In this document: piece by piece, positions 1 through 12,120 of the stretch
How the letters are laid out: each line of letters starts with the position of its first letter
Position numbering within the stretch: the first letter of the stretch is position 1
From: Macrostomum lignano
Taxonomy: Eukaryota
Direction: 5' to 3'
NCBI GenBank assembly: GCA_002269645.1
Contig: NIVC01002848.1
Coordinates: 71,727-135,726 of the forward strand
Length of the DNA stretch: 64,000 nucleotides
Made by a program: the position numbers and the translations under genes
The notes under the pieces: generated by a model
Database searches by the model: none
Seen by the model: the letters and a program-made list of their open reading frames with translations, nothing else
Told to the model about the DNA's origin: nothing

Positions 1-700
1 ACCCAAAAAAGCAAGTTTACATTGCATTACAGTGTAGCTATAGTTCAATTAGTTACGGCTTAACTGTAAGACTAAGTATGTCTCTGGAATTTTTGCCGAA
101 ACATCTAAATGCTTCCAAAGAACGTGTAATAAAAATAAAAACTAAGAAGCTAAATGAATTGCCACGTTAAAAAGAGCTAGACACTGTTTACAATTGACTT
201 GACCTGCACGGGAGCAATATATTCAAATGAATGGCAAAAAATGAGCAATAATTACGCCTTAAGTAAATTCTAAAGCAGTTAATTATTTATTTATATTTTT
301 ACTAACGAAGCTATGTTCTTTTATCTGGTAAATTACTCATATATATAATTGTTAAAATCCAGTACTTCGAATTTTCCGTACCTATAACGCATGCACTTCA
401 TGGTCGTCTCGAAGGAGAATAAATCCATAAAAGTCAAATCACCTACTCAACGAGGAAACTAATTCAGTAAAAACACAATTAGTATGTGTAAAAAGCACAT
501 TACACCACTTTGGTGGATCAAAAGTGCTGTATGATTGCGTTGTTTTTGTTTATTGCAAAAGAGTCACTTTTTCAGTGTAAATTATTCATCTATATTTATG
601 CGGGGTTTTTTTAATCATATTGAATTCATTAGCGTAGGTAAATTCTGCTTAATTGATTAAAACTTTTAATCGGTTAACGGCGCGGCACCCCGAGGTTCTA

Positions 701-780
701 CCGAGTTCGGGCCGACGTCGGCTGGCCGACTTTAGTATGGCCGATCGAATGCCGAGTGGCCGACGTCGGCCCGAGCTCGG
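701..780. repeat. GC-rich inverted repeat (MITE-like palindrome)
   Basis: ccgagttcgggccgacgtcggc (701-722) pairs with gccgacgtcggcccgagctcgg (759-780) with 1 mismatch; it sits in AT-rich DNA. Confidence 0.6.
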
Positions 781-1109
781 ACCGAGCTCGGCTTTGCCAC
801 TGGGGCCTTCGTGCTTATTTATTTGCACCGTCTTGACTATATACCCCTTATTATCCAGGACATTGTGTGTGTCAGACGGGCGTCGATTCCGCCGGTGATT
901 CTCGCGAATAAAGGTCGTATCCAACTATTGAAGAGCAAATGCAGGAATAGGAAGTTATACTATATATCCTGTATATAGCTCAACTCCATATATATATAAC
1001 GTAAATGGCACCTGATTCCCCGATTCAATCAAGCAGGCGATCCTTAAGTCCAAGCCGTTGCATCGCAGCTAGTGCGGGGAGAGGCGCGTTCTTGAAATGG
1101 AAGAGACAC

Positions 1110-1118
1110 TATATAAAG
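1110..1118 (+). promoter_or_regulatory. Candidate TATA box of the neuropeptide gene
   Basis: TATATAAAG upstream of the splice acceptor ctttttcag|ATG at 4930. The link to that gene is inferred. Confidence 0.3.
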
Positions 1119-1348
1119 CTCGTAGTATCGTGGCTATCGAGAACAGACTCGGGTGCCGGTTTTAACGAACTGATCACAACGCATAAGAACTATAACGATT
1201 GAATTTTACCCTTCGGCGGGCAATTCGTCTGCGGGAAATTCTCGTGCTCCCAATTTCTGTGTAGTTGGTATTGTTGTCAACGTATTGCTCCTGTCTAACA
1301 AAATCCCAACCGTTAGACACCAATTTGTTGTAGATGTTTGTTCACTCT

Positions 1349-3398
1349 TGATGGGTTCGGCCTTTTAAGCCTGTAGCTTCGGGCCTCAGAACTCAGAAAT
1401 GAATCACTAAGAGCTCTGGCCTCTCACTCCTGTCAGATGGTCAGCCTCATGGTAGCTAGATTGTGGGCGAGCAGCAAGGTCCTATAGCTAGGAGAAGACA
1501 GCGAGAGACAAGCAGGGAGAATTTGAAAGGTAGAAATTAGCTAATCCGCAGATTAACTAACTCGCTGCCACCAGTCCGTGCGCCCCGGCTCACCAAACCG
1601 GAGCTATCGAAATCGGACTTCCGACTAGAGGGGCACTGCACTTACCTGCCATCTAGTGTCTTTTAGCTGTCTAAATCTCGAAGTCATAGCCGAATAGAAG
1701 GGACGCTGCTGGGACTAAGATCGCATTGGCCATGCAGGGACAGAGAGGACTTTTGCAGGGGGTTCTTGCGCTGGCAAGCCTTCATACACTACTAAATGTA
1801 CTATTTCATGACCGAATTCCCAGAAGTACATGTATAAGTACACGTAACTGCACGCTCTTGGCACTAAATGTGTTAACCCTTCGACAGATAGCGATGATGT
1901 AGATGCATTGTCACTTTCGGAGATCTTTAGACTAATATTTAACTTACTTTAGCCGCTTGACTGCCTGTGACCGCGCCAAAGCGCCAGTCTGGCTCTTAAT
2001 TTGCATGCTTAACATAATGATTTCTTAGATTGACTGGTTGACTGGGAACTGTGCCGCTTCCGGTCCACCGTGACCTCTGCCTCTAGATTTAGCCGCTCAT
2101 CTCAGCTGGCATTGCGAAAAAGAAAGAAAACGCTAAGTCTTTAACTTTCAAATTTAACTTTCGCACTTAATCCGCAATCCTAAACACTTTAGATTGAGTT
2201 AGAGCAAATGGCTACTTTTAATATTAACTGACACTTCTGCCTCGAGATTGGCACACAAAAGCAAGTAAGCAAAAGTGCAAATCCTATCAGACTACCTAGG
2301 AAGGGGTCAGACAAAGGGTGCACCCAGTTAAGCAGGTCAAGAGAGCCTCTCACCAAACCAATCAGAGGACCTATCTGCCGGTAGCCAAGGAATCCACAGA
2401 GACCGAAGCGCTCAGATGGGATGCTGCTGCTGATCTTGACTGACGATTGCCGCCGCTGCTCTTCGCTTGCCGATAGTCGTTGCTGCTCTTAGATGACTGC
2501 CGGGAGATGTTAATGATGCCTCTCAGGGGGAACTTAGCTGTTGAAGCCGAAACTGCCGGGGAAAGGGGGATCAGGACGGCAGGACCAGAAGGGGAGGACC
2601 AGGGTCCGATCTCCAGTATGGCCGGGGAAAAGGCCAGGTAAAACCGCCAGGGGAAAACCGAGCGCGGGTCGAGTTGCCGCCTTATATAGATCTCACGCGG
2701 CCGATTTGTTATAACGCACGCCGAATTTTCCGATTGGCTGAGAGCTTTTGTTAAAATAGGCGCCGAATTTTCTGATTGGTCGAGCCGGGGGCAGTCAGGT
2801 CGACTCTGATTGGCTGAGCTCAAGACCCCAAAACCCACCCCACCAGGTGGCCTTCAGACCCCAGGGAAGTTGACAGGTGCGGTCATAAATCATAAGCAAA
2901 ACATAATAAAAGTCACTTGTCTAGACATCCTGGCGCCAAAAGTGACAGCAAAACGCCTATAAATCAAAGGGGAAAGCAACAGAGCGAGTGGGGAGAAAGC
3001 TGGAAAGACCTCTTTGACCCAGACAGGCTGGAGCCAAAAGTGACAGCTAGACGGCCATAAATCACTGAGAACAGTAAAAAAGCCACAAATCTGGGGGTCA
3101 GAACGAGGTTGAAAACGTCCCTCCCAGACTTAGTGTCGCCTGTCTAGACTGTTGGAGGTCAATCCGTCTCAAACCCAGACAGTCTGACCTTCAAAGATGC
3201 GTAAACAATCCAAAATTAGAATCCTAAGAGAAGTACATTGACTATTTATCATAATTAATAGTGATGGCATAAACTAGTATAGAACTTAGCCTAGATGAGA
3301 GAATGGAGAGAAAATCCTAAGCTAGCCTACTGACAGTAGGGGAAAAGCGCATCGAAGCAAAACGTGCTGTTCTAAGATTGAAATTTGCGTCCTCATCA
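1349..3398 (-). mobile_element. Solo LTR (2050 bp), probably Ty3/Gypsy-type, copy 1
   Basis: Termini TGATG...CATCA; 4-bp TSD CTCT (1345-1348 and 3399-3402); colinear with 4961-6953; CCAAT boxes followed by a TATA (ctatataag) on the minus strand near 2680-2820; no gag/pol. Confidence 0.88.
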
Positions 3399-4929
3399 CT
3401 CTCTTAAATAATCCCACAATTGCCACCAAGTTGTTGTAGTGCCCTGTGATCCTGTCTACAATTAGGTCTCTGGATTTACTCGTTTCCTTAGAAAACCTCT
3501 CTTGTAGCGATCAGCTAATGCCCGAGCGTTAAGACACTGTATTTAATTAAATCCGGAAAATAGTGGCGTTTACTGGGATCAAGGGTGTCCAGCGGTAGGC
3601 TCCTAATCTTCTAACACCTTCACGGTTTCTTTTAACGCCTAATGCCTAGCGCCTAATCTTAGCCTTCACGGCTTATGTACATCGAGTCTTCACGACTTCA
3701 ATCTCCTTCAATCTCTCTATCTGAGTCTGCACGACTTCGATGTTCCCTATTTCCCTCAAGGTCAGTGGTCCTTGATTTCCCTTTGTGTGTGTGTGTGTTT
3801 CACGCACTGAAATTTAACTGAGCTTTCACGCCTCTTCGCTTCACGCTTTTTGAAATAACAAAAAGATATATATTAAAATTGGAGGAAAATTCACCAAGAC
3901 AAACGGTTATAACGTTTACTTTCTGCCCAGGGGGGCCTTTATAAAGATTTCATAGTTCACAGCTATTAGCTGAAGCGAAAATTAAAAAAAATTACCAGGT
4001 TTATAACAAATGGATGTTTTAACAAATACGAAACGTTTTATAACAAAAAAACTAAAGAAATTCGATCAGTATTAGTATTACCCAAAAATGATGTTCTGGC
4101 AGCCAAATAACTTTTGCGCGGGTATCTGATTTTTTACTGCCCACCATGGATGACTGTTTTTGAAATTCTATTGACAGGAACTTAATTATCACTACGCAAA
4201 ACGAGCGGCAATTTGCGCAGAATAGGCACTTTTCAAATGATATATAAATTTTCTAGCGTCAGTCAAAAACCGCTTAGCAATATCCAACCACTACAGCTTA
4301 TAATATACGTGAAAGGATCCTTACGAAAAACAGGCGAATGGAAAATACCTGCAAGTAGCTAAAAATCTTGCAATAGATGTAGAGCAAGACCTACATGATG
4401 TAAATGTGCTACAGCGGAAAGTTCGCTACTGTACGCGCAAGTCGCGTTATGGGGTCGGCCATCATAAACCCGAAAAATCAAAACTTCCAAAGCACTTCCC
4501 TATCATCATTCCTATCAGAAAAGCTCGTTAAAATTTTTCTGGAAAATCAAGTGAGCAAATTTAGCCTTAAGACCTAAATTGTGTCAAAATTAAAAAATTC
4601 CTAGAAATTATTTGCGTTAAAAAACGCAATCTCGCAGGCAGCTAGTAAAATGCACAGGCAGATCAAATCTGATACACATGGTAATCCAGCGAACGATTTC
4701 TGAAGAAAATGTATCGAAAATGCTTAGACAAAAAATCAATCGCAGCGATCTAGATCATAATAAAAGCTGTTGTAGCTTGTTGAACCAACAATTTCTTAAA
4801 ACCAAATTCGATATACGAAGCTGTTTCTACATACTGTGGCCAATGTTAATCTCCAGTACACGGTCATTTTGTGCTTAGACAGTGCGATCATATATTACCG
4901 TTGATTAGATTAACAAGCAGCTTTTTCAG

Positions 4930-7542
4930 ATGTCAATCAGAGGTGCAGGCGGCATTATTCTGATGGGTTTCGACCTTCGGGCTCCTTGTTAGGAAGCCTT
5001 CGGGCCTCAGGCCTCAGAAATGAATCAATTAGAGTCCTGGCCCCCCACTCCTGTCAGATGGTCAGCCCCATGGTAGCTTGATCGTGTGGCGAGCAGTCTA
5101 GGTCCTATAGCTAAGAGAGGGACAGCGAGAGACGAGCAGGGAGAATTTTGAAGGTAGAAATTAGCTAATCCGCAGACTAAAGCTAACTCGCTGCCACCAG
5201 CCCGTGCGTCCTGGCTCACCACACCGGGACTCTCGAAATCGGGCTTCCGACTAGAAGGGGCTTTGCGCTTACCTGCCAACTAGTGTCTTTTTGCTGTCAA
5301 TCTCGAAGTCATAGCCGATGATAAGGGACACTGCTGGGACTAGATCGCATTGGCCATGCAGGTACAGAGGGGACTTGTGCAGGGGATTCTTGCAGTGGCG
5401 AGACTATGGGGTAGCTACATGTACTATTACATTGCTAAATACGAAGATATGTACTTTTGGCCTTCAACGCGCCAACTAGCCTCTCATAGCGCTGATGATA
5501 GACTAACTCGAACTTCAGAGACCGCATGATTCATTACCCGAGCCGCTTGGCTAACCTAGAGTGCACAAAGTACATCTCTGGCGCCGATTCTGCACTTCTG
5601 GCAGTTTTGCTCACTGATTTGGTAGATTGATCGACTGAGAACCGCCTTGCCATTGGTCCACTGTGACCGGCGCCTACTAGCTTAGCTACTCATCTGAGCC
5701 ATCGGCGAACAAAGAAATAAAACCGATAAAAATAACTGTTAGATTTAACCTTCTCCTTAGATCACTTCGCACTTCAGATTGAATTGGAGTTTCAGACTAC
5801 TAGTAGTATTATTAAGTGATTTCTGCCTCAGTAACAGCACTACTGAACAAAATGAGCAAAAGTGTGCGCCTAATTCAGCTACTGAAACAGGGGACAGATA
5901 GGGGATCACCCAATCAAGCAAGTCTAGGTAGCCTCTCACCCAACCAATCAGAAACTCAACAGCCGGAGACCAGGAAATCCACAATGACCAAATCGGCTTG
6001 ATGCTTCGCAGCTGTAGACTCGGGATGATGCTGACACAATCTTCGCTGATAGCTAGCAGGTGATGATCTTCGCTTGATGTTCGCTGCTGACGACCGGGGG
6101 ACTCGTCCTTGATGATGATGGGGGGAAGTCGCAATCCGGGGATCAAGAAACGACGGTCGCGCTCCGGGAACCAGAAGTTGCGTGCTGGACCCGAGCAAGA
6201 GTAAGATGCGTCCGAGCGGGCCAAAAACTCCGGTTTAAATAGCCGCCAACTGGACCGCAGTTTGTTATAACGGAACACGTCGATTCTGATTGGCTGAGTC
6301 GTTTTGTTAAAATGAGCGCCGAATTTTCTGATTGGCTAAGCTTGTTGCTACCCAGAATCACGTGACCAAGAGATCCTATCAGTTCCCACAGGGTCGTAAA
6401 AAGATGACAGGTGCGGCCATAAATCACTCAAAATCGCAACAAAATGATTTATGACTTTTCGCGTAGGATTGACAGAAATTAATGAAAAAATATACATTAG
6501 AAAGCTCTTATTAAATAGAAAGTGAAGATAATGAAGAGAAATTGCTAATCACTAATCCCAAAGTACTTTTAGGGGTAAAACGCATAGCTGTCAAAGCTGT
6601 CACACGCTCGAGTGAATCCGAACAATAGGCTCTGACCTCATAAATCTTGATGGCCTGTCAAAATGATGAGAAAAAAGCTACCGCCCGCATCCTCTCAGAC
6701 CATCTGGCGCCCGTCTCAACACTGAGTGAGGCGCAGGTGGCCGTCAGACCAACTTCGGAAGCGATGATTTACGACCCAAAAAGCTACGCCTATGTTATTA
6801 TGACTACTAGTATGGCCAGACATTATATCTAGTATAGATTCTATGACAATTTGCAGAAAAAGGATAAAAATGCCCATCGCCCACTGTTAGTAGGCTAGTA
6901 AGTTTAGAGCCCATGTGCTAGCGCGGGATTTGGGAAAAAGTGCGTCCTCATCAATTCTGGCGTTGGTTTGTCTCGGAATTGCTTCAGTCCATTCTGCTTC
7001 TGCCCCACGCGATGCTCTGGAAGGTAGGCGCGCTACCGAAACGTTTTTTTAACCTAATTATACTTTTGAATAGTTGAAGATCGAAATTCAGTCAAATAAA
7101 ACCTGTAACTTTATGCACTTACTTTCCGTTAGTGAACTAAGCGAGGCCACTCAAGGCTTGGATTGGGCTCCCATTGAACCATGACGAGACACTTGTTGGA
7201 AGTGAAAAGCTGTTCGATGCAGATGAGACGTCTTCTCTTCACAGGGCTAGTAACAGCAAGCGAGGCCGGTCCAGTTCCGGCAACGTGTTCCGATGGGGCA
7301 AGCGAGACTACGGCAACGTGTTCCGATGGGGCAAGCGAGACTACGGTAACGTGTTCCGATGGGGCAAGCGAGACTACGGCAACGTGTTCCGATGGGGCAA
7401 GCGAGACTACGGCAACGTGTTCCGATGGGGCAAGCGAGACTACGGTAACGTGTTCCGATGGGGCAAGCGAGACTACGGCAACGTGTTCCGATGGGGCAAG
7501 CGAGACTACGGCAACGTGTTCCGATGGGGAAAGCGAAGCTGA
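4930..7542 (+). pseudogene. GNVFRWamide neuropeptide precursor, disrupted by a solo LTR
   Basis: Joining 4930-4960 to 6958-7023 gives the signal peptide MSIRGAGGIILALVCLGIASVHSASAPRDALE. A phase-1 GT-AG intron (7024-7141) joins in frame to exon 7142-7542, which encodes 1x SSSGNVFRW-GKR and 7x DYGNVFRW-GKR (amidation Gly plus dibasic cleavage site). Confidence 0.9.
4961..6953 (-). mobile_element. Solo LTR (1993 bp), same family, diverged copy 2, inserted in a coding exon
   Basis: Termini TGATG...gcgtcctCATCA shared with copy 1; 4-bp TSD ATTC (4957-4960 and 6954-6957); colinear similarity with copy 1 over most of its length. Confidence 0.9.
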
Positions 7543-8267
7543 GTTCGGCTGGGGCAAGCAAGGAATCTATTCAAATTATAACTTGGGGACAAATATTTTG
7601 TCAAATAAATGCGAATAATCACCGAGATGATCGAGTAAAACTTGTGCAAAAAAGGTGCCTGTAAGACTTCCGCTTCTCATTTCAAGCTATACATGCACTT
7701 AAGGCTGATTCACTCTGCCAGCGAATGAGCCATTAAATCACACACGACCTATATTTACAGTCGGGATCCCACCAAATTTGGTCTTATTTGAAGCCGCGCC
7801 GATGTGAAGTCCTGATGTTTTTAAAGTTCTCTCTAATAATAAAACCAGTAATCGATGCAAGAAAATATATACGAAAGGAAACTCACTAGAGGAACGTCAA
7901 AGGAGCCGTTCGACGCCAAGTGGCGTACTGAATAAGCTAATCTGAATTCCAACGTGGCAGTAGCTATAGAAAGGGTTTGCAGTGTGTAAAACTTGACATA
8001 CGAGCGTAGACATCTTGTGATCACTGTGACAATGTATGAATATAATTGAAAGGATTTTTCTTATCTGCAGATGGGCTCTCGATGGTCAAAACTCAATTAA
8101 TTAATCTTTTGAAATTTTTATCCTGCACAACTTCTATAGGTTGTTATTAAAGTCGTTAGATAAACCTACAGCTACTGTTCCTGTTCATGACAAAGTTACT
8201 ACCAGAGAAACTAACAAGTGTGGTATAATGAGGTAAATAGGGGTTGAGCCAATAGGAGTTGCAGGAC

Positions 8268-8600
8268 GGCGATTCTCAACAGAGGAATTGGAGGGCGATT
8301 CTCAACAGGGGAATTGGAAGGCGATTCTCAACAGAGGAATTGGAGGGCGATTCTCAACAGGGGAATTGAAGGGCGATTCTCAAGAGTTCGGGGGCGATTC
8401 TCAATAGGAGTTGGGGGCGATTCTCAACAGGAGTTGGGGGCGATTCTCAATAGGGGAATTGGAGGGCGATTCTCAACAGAGGAATTGGAGGGCGATTCTC
8501 AACAGGGGAATTGGAAGGCGATTCTCAACAGGAGTTGGGGCGATTCTCAATAGGGATTGGGGCGATTCTCAACAGGAGTTGGAGGGCGATTCTCAATGGC
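8268..8600. repeat. Minisatellite, ~22-26 bp unit (gggcgattctcaacagaggaattgga)
   Basis: Direct tandem copies visible. Confidence 0.9.
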
Positions 8601-9061
8601 ATTGTTCGGAGCCCATAATGGCAATCAAATCAATCACACAAAGAATAAGATAAACGACAGAATTATACTAATGCAGAATACATGTTGATTTTTTTATACG
8701 ATAAACTGAATAATTACATAGAAAATGACAGCATATAAATAAATAACTAGTTCTAAATCTATAAGAAACAACGATTCATGATTAAACTTTACAAACAAGC
8801 AATATATAGTTTAGCTCATTTAAAAAAGTAAAGCTAATAGGAAAAAATCGCTAAATAAATCCATACTTTAAGTAGGTGTGTCAGCTCTCCAGTTCAAGCA
8901 GTGCTAAGTGATATAAAAACAATTCACAATGACTATATTTATAATAATGAAAAGCGATATTGATAAAATGGAGAAGGAATAGGTAACACTATTGCAGAAG
9001 TAAGCTAGAACGAGGGTGAATTTGAAGCCAGATTTAAAAAAGCAAGTTAGTAATTGGAATC

Positions 9062-9890
9062 GGTCTATAAGGCGGTCATTGCGAACTCTTCCGCCTGATT
9101 GTGCTTGGGTCTATAAGTCGGTCATTGCGAACTCTTCCGCCTGATCGTGCTTGGGTCTATAAGTCGGTCATTGCGAACTCTTCCGCCTGATTTTGCTTGG
9201 GTCTATAAGTCGGTCATTGCGAACTCTTCCGCCTGATTGTGCTTGGGTCTATAAGTCGGTCATTGCGAACTCTTCCGCCTGATCGTGCTTGGGTCTATAA
9301 GTCGGTCATTGCGAACTCTTCCGCCTGATTGTGCTTGGGTCTATAAGTCGGTCATTGCGAACTCTTCCGCCTGATCGTGCTTGGGTCTATAAGTCTGTCA
9401 TTGCGAACTCTTCCGCCTGATTGTGCTTGGGTCTATAAGTCGGTCATTGCGAACTCTTCCGCCTGATTGTGCTTGGGTCTATAAGTCAATCATTGCGAAC
9501 TCTTCCGCCTGATTGTGCTTGGGTCTATAAGTCAATCATTGCGAACTCTTCCGCCTGATTGTGCTTGGGTCTATAAGTCAATCATTGCGAACTCTTCCGC
9601 CTGATTGTGCTTGGGTCTATAAGTCAATCATTGCGAACTCTTCCGCCTGATTGTGCTTGGGTCTATAAGTCGGTCATTGCGAACTCTTTCGCCTGATTGT
9701 GCTTGGGTCTATAAGTCGGTCATTGCGAACTCTTCCGCCTGATTGTGCTTGGGTCTATAAGTCGGTCATTGCGAACTCTTTCGCCTGATTGTGCTTGGGT
9801 CTATAAGTCGGTCATTGCGAACTCTTCCGCCTGATTGTGCTTGGGTCTATAAGTCGGTCATTGCGAACTCTTTCGCCTGATTGTGCTTGG
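9062..9890. repeat. Minisatellite, 46-bp unit, ~18 copies
   Basis: ggtctataagtcggtcattgcgaactcttccgcctgattgtgcttg repeated. Confidence 0.95.
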
Positions 9891-10508
9891 CTGCATCAGC
9901 TGCTGCTGTAGCCTAAAAATTGAAAACAAATATTAACGAAAATAGTTAGATTAAATGAAGTCTTAAGGCCCATTGGTACTTCATGACAAGTATTTTTCTA
10001 TTATGTTAGGTCCTTGTCAAAGTCGAAGATTTAAGCTTTTGTTCAGCTAAACTCTGGTCAATACAAATATGATTATTATTTATCATCATATATATAGCAA
10101 CTGATCTTTTAAAATCGAAGAAACTGGGGTTTTATACACGAAAATTCAACTGGAAGGATATCGTGCCATTCACAGCCATGAGACAGAGTGTACGTGCCTG
10201 TGTACAGTATTGGCGCGACTGTATGTGCTCAGGACTCAGTGGAATGGGCAGAACAGACACATCGCTGCATTGATGTGAGAGGTGTTTACATGGTGCCCAC
10301 GAAGTGTTTCTCTTGCGAATATATTTTTAGCTGAACTTTCTACTTCTTTTAAACAAAAATTTCTCAGCTTAGATTTAGGTCCAAATGACCGACGGAGTTG
10401 CCGAACAATAAATCAATTTTTTTCAAAAAAACTACACCTCAAAAGATTGAAAAACCCTTGTCATTTCATTCATTCTACTTCTAGTAGCCAGCTTTAAGTA
10501 TAGTATTT

Positions 10509-11135
10509 TTAGTTTAAACTTGCAGCAGGAGTTGCCGGAGCAACGTAGACTTCAAAAGATCGTCTGGCGGCATCGCCAGGCACTGGGCCGCCAAGTGGAG
10601 TGTACAACTGCAGCTCCACCCGGTGCCAGCCGGTTGGAGCAGTAGCCGGAGCTTGCAGACGCAGTTGGCAGACGGCGCTTAAGCCTGGAAGCAACGGCGG
10701 CAGTAGCAGACGCTCGGGGCCCAGCGCCAGAGCCCGGCCTCGACGGCAGCGCAAATGACAGCCTGGCGGACTGGAACCGCCTAAACCAGACCGACTACCC
10801 GTTGATAAGCATCGATTCGTCACTCGGCACGTGGCTATGACGTCATCTTGCGCGAACGGCTGCATTGATAATGAATCCGAATTGGCGCCAGAAATGAATA
10901 ACTGCGGCGAACTAAGCGTTACATCGTCGATGATTAAATCAATTGAGTCAGTGAGTAGGTTATTTGGGCCATAATCGAACTGATCAATTGACTGTGCAAT
11001 ATTCACTTGTTGATGCTCGTTGCTATGGCGACACTGACAGGCTGAACTACTAGTATGTTGAAGTTGCGACTGCTCCGTTGCTAAGCGACTGAATTGACAA
11101 GAGAGCTGACACTCTACCTCGTCAATTTCCATGAT
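10509..11135 (-). CDS. Probable coding exon of an unknown protein (207-aa ORF)
   Basis: Long non-repetitive ORF with a pyrimidine-rich acceptor just upstream (tttcattacagtcactag|ATC ATG). A possible phase-0 first exon lies at 14347-14276 (MATTSSRFSATPGSGDAPESERSA|gtacgc). No family recognised. Confidence 0.5.
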   Translation of the reverse strand: MMEIDEVECQLSCQFSRLATEQSQLQHTSSSACQCRHSNEHQQVNIAQSIDQFDYGPNNLLTDSIDLIIDDVTLSSPQLFISGANSDSLSMQPFAQDDVIATCRVTNRCLSTGSRSGLGGSSPPGCHLRCRRGRALALGPERLLLPPLLPGLSAVCQLRLQAPATAPTGWHRVELQLYTPLGGPVPGDAARRSFEVYVAPATPAASLN

Positions 11136-11411
11136 CTAGTGACTGTAATGAAATCAAAAAAAGAAAACTGGCTTTCAGTGTAACTATAGAGCAATTGTCA
11201 CTGGAGAAACAGATTGTGCATAGGTCAGCCACAGAGATATTTATTGAAGCCAGGGTCAGATTGATAACTCAGCATAAATTTATATTTAGATAGTTTTAGA
11301 ATGCAGTTCAGTTTTTAAAACATTTATATAGGTTGGATCAAAATAGGAGAGGACTAAAATTTGGAGATTCTATTAGTCTGAAAAGGGTGGCCTTAGAGAA
11401 ATCCTATCCTT

Positions 11412-12120
11412 CTGACAGGATAGGTTGGGAAATCACTGTCTCACTGACAGGATAGGTTGGGAAATCAATGTCTCACTGACAGGATAGGTTGGGAATTATT
11501 GCCTCACTGACAGGATAGGTTGGGAAATCAATGTCTCACTGACAGGATAGGTTGGGAAATTATTGTCTCACTGACAGGATAGGTTGGGAAATCACTGTCT
11601 TACTGACAGGATAGGTTGGGAATTATTGTCTCACTGACAGGATAGGTTGGGAAATCAATGTCTCACTGACAGGATAGGTTGGGAATTATTGTCTCACTGA
11701 CAAGATGGGTTGGGAAATTATTGTCTCACTGACAGGATAGGTTGGGAAATCACTGTCTTACTGACAGGATAGGTTGGGAAATGACTATTCACTGACAGGA
11801 TAGGTTGGGAAATGACTGTCTTACTGACAGGATACGTTGGGAAATCACTGTCTTACTGACAGGATACGTTGGGAAATCACTGTCTTACTGACAGGATAGG
11901 TTGGGAAATCAGTGTTTTACTGACAGGATAAGTTGGGAAATCAATGTCTTACTGACAAGATAGGTTGGGAAATCACTGTTTTACTGACAGAATAGGTTGG
12001 GAAATTACTGTTTCACTGACAGGATAGGTTGGGAAATCACTGTTTTACTGACAGGATAGGTTAGGAAATGACTATCTTACTGACAAGATAGGTTGGGAAA
12101 TAAAAATCTCATTGACAAGA
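11412..12120. repeat. Minisatellite, 31-32 bp unit (actgacaggataggttgggaaatcaatgtctc), decaying to the right
   Basis: Tandem copies that become progressively more diverged. Confidence 0.9.

Noticed and set aside
6903-6953. Signal-like frame lacking ATG, first read as needing a spliced-leader AUG
   Set aside because: This stretch is the LTR end. The real ATG is at 4930, on the other side of the insertion.
1349-6953. Single full-length LTR retrotransposon with two LTRs
   Set aside because: Each LTR has its own TSD, they are diverged, and the 1.56 kb between them has no gag/pol.
9062-9890. CRISPR-like array (also the other minisatellites)
   Set aside because: Units abut with no unique spacers, there are no cas genes, and the context is eukaryotic.
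10225-10260. ~30-bp similarity to 32700-32735 (tgtatg..tgctcagga.tca..ggaatg)
   Set aside because: Too short to call an RNA or element without a search; I recognised no structure.
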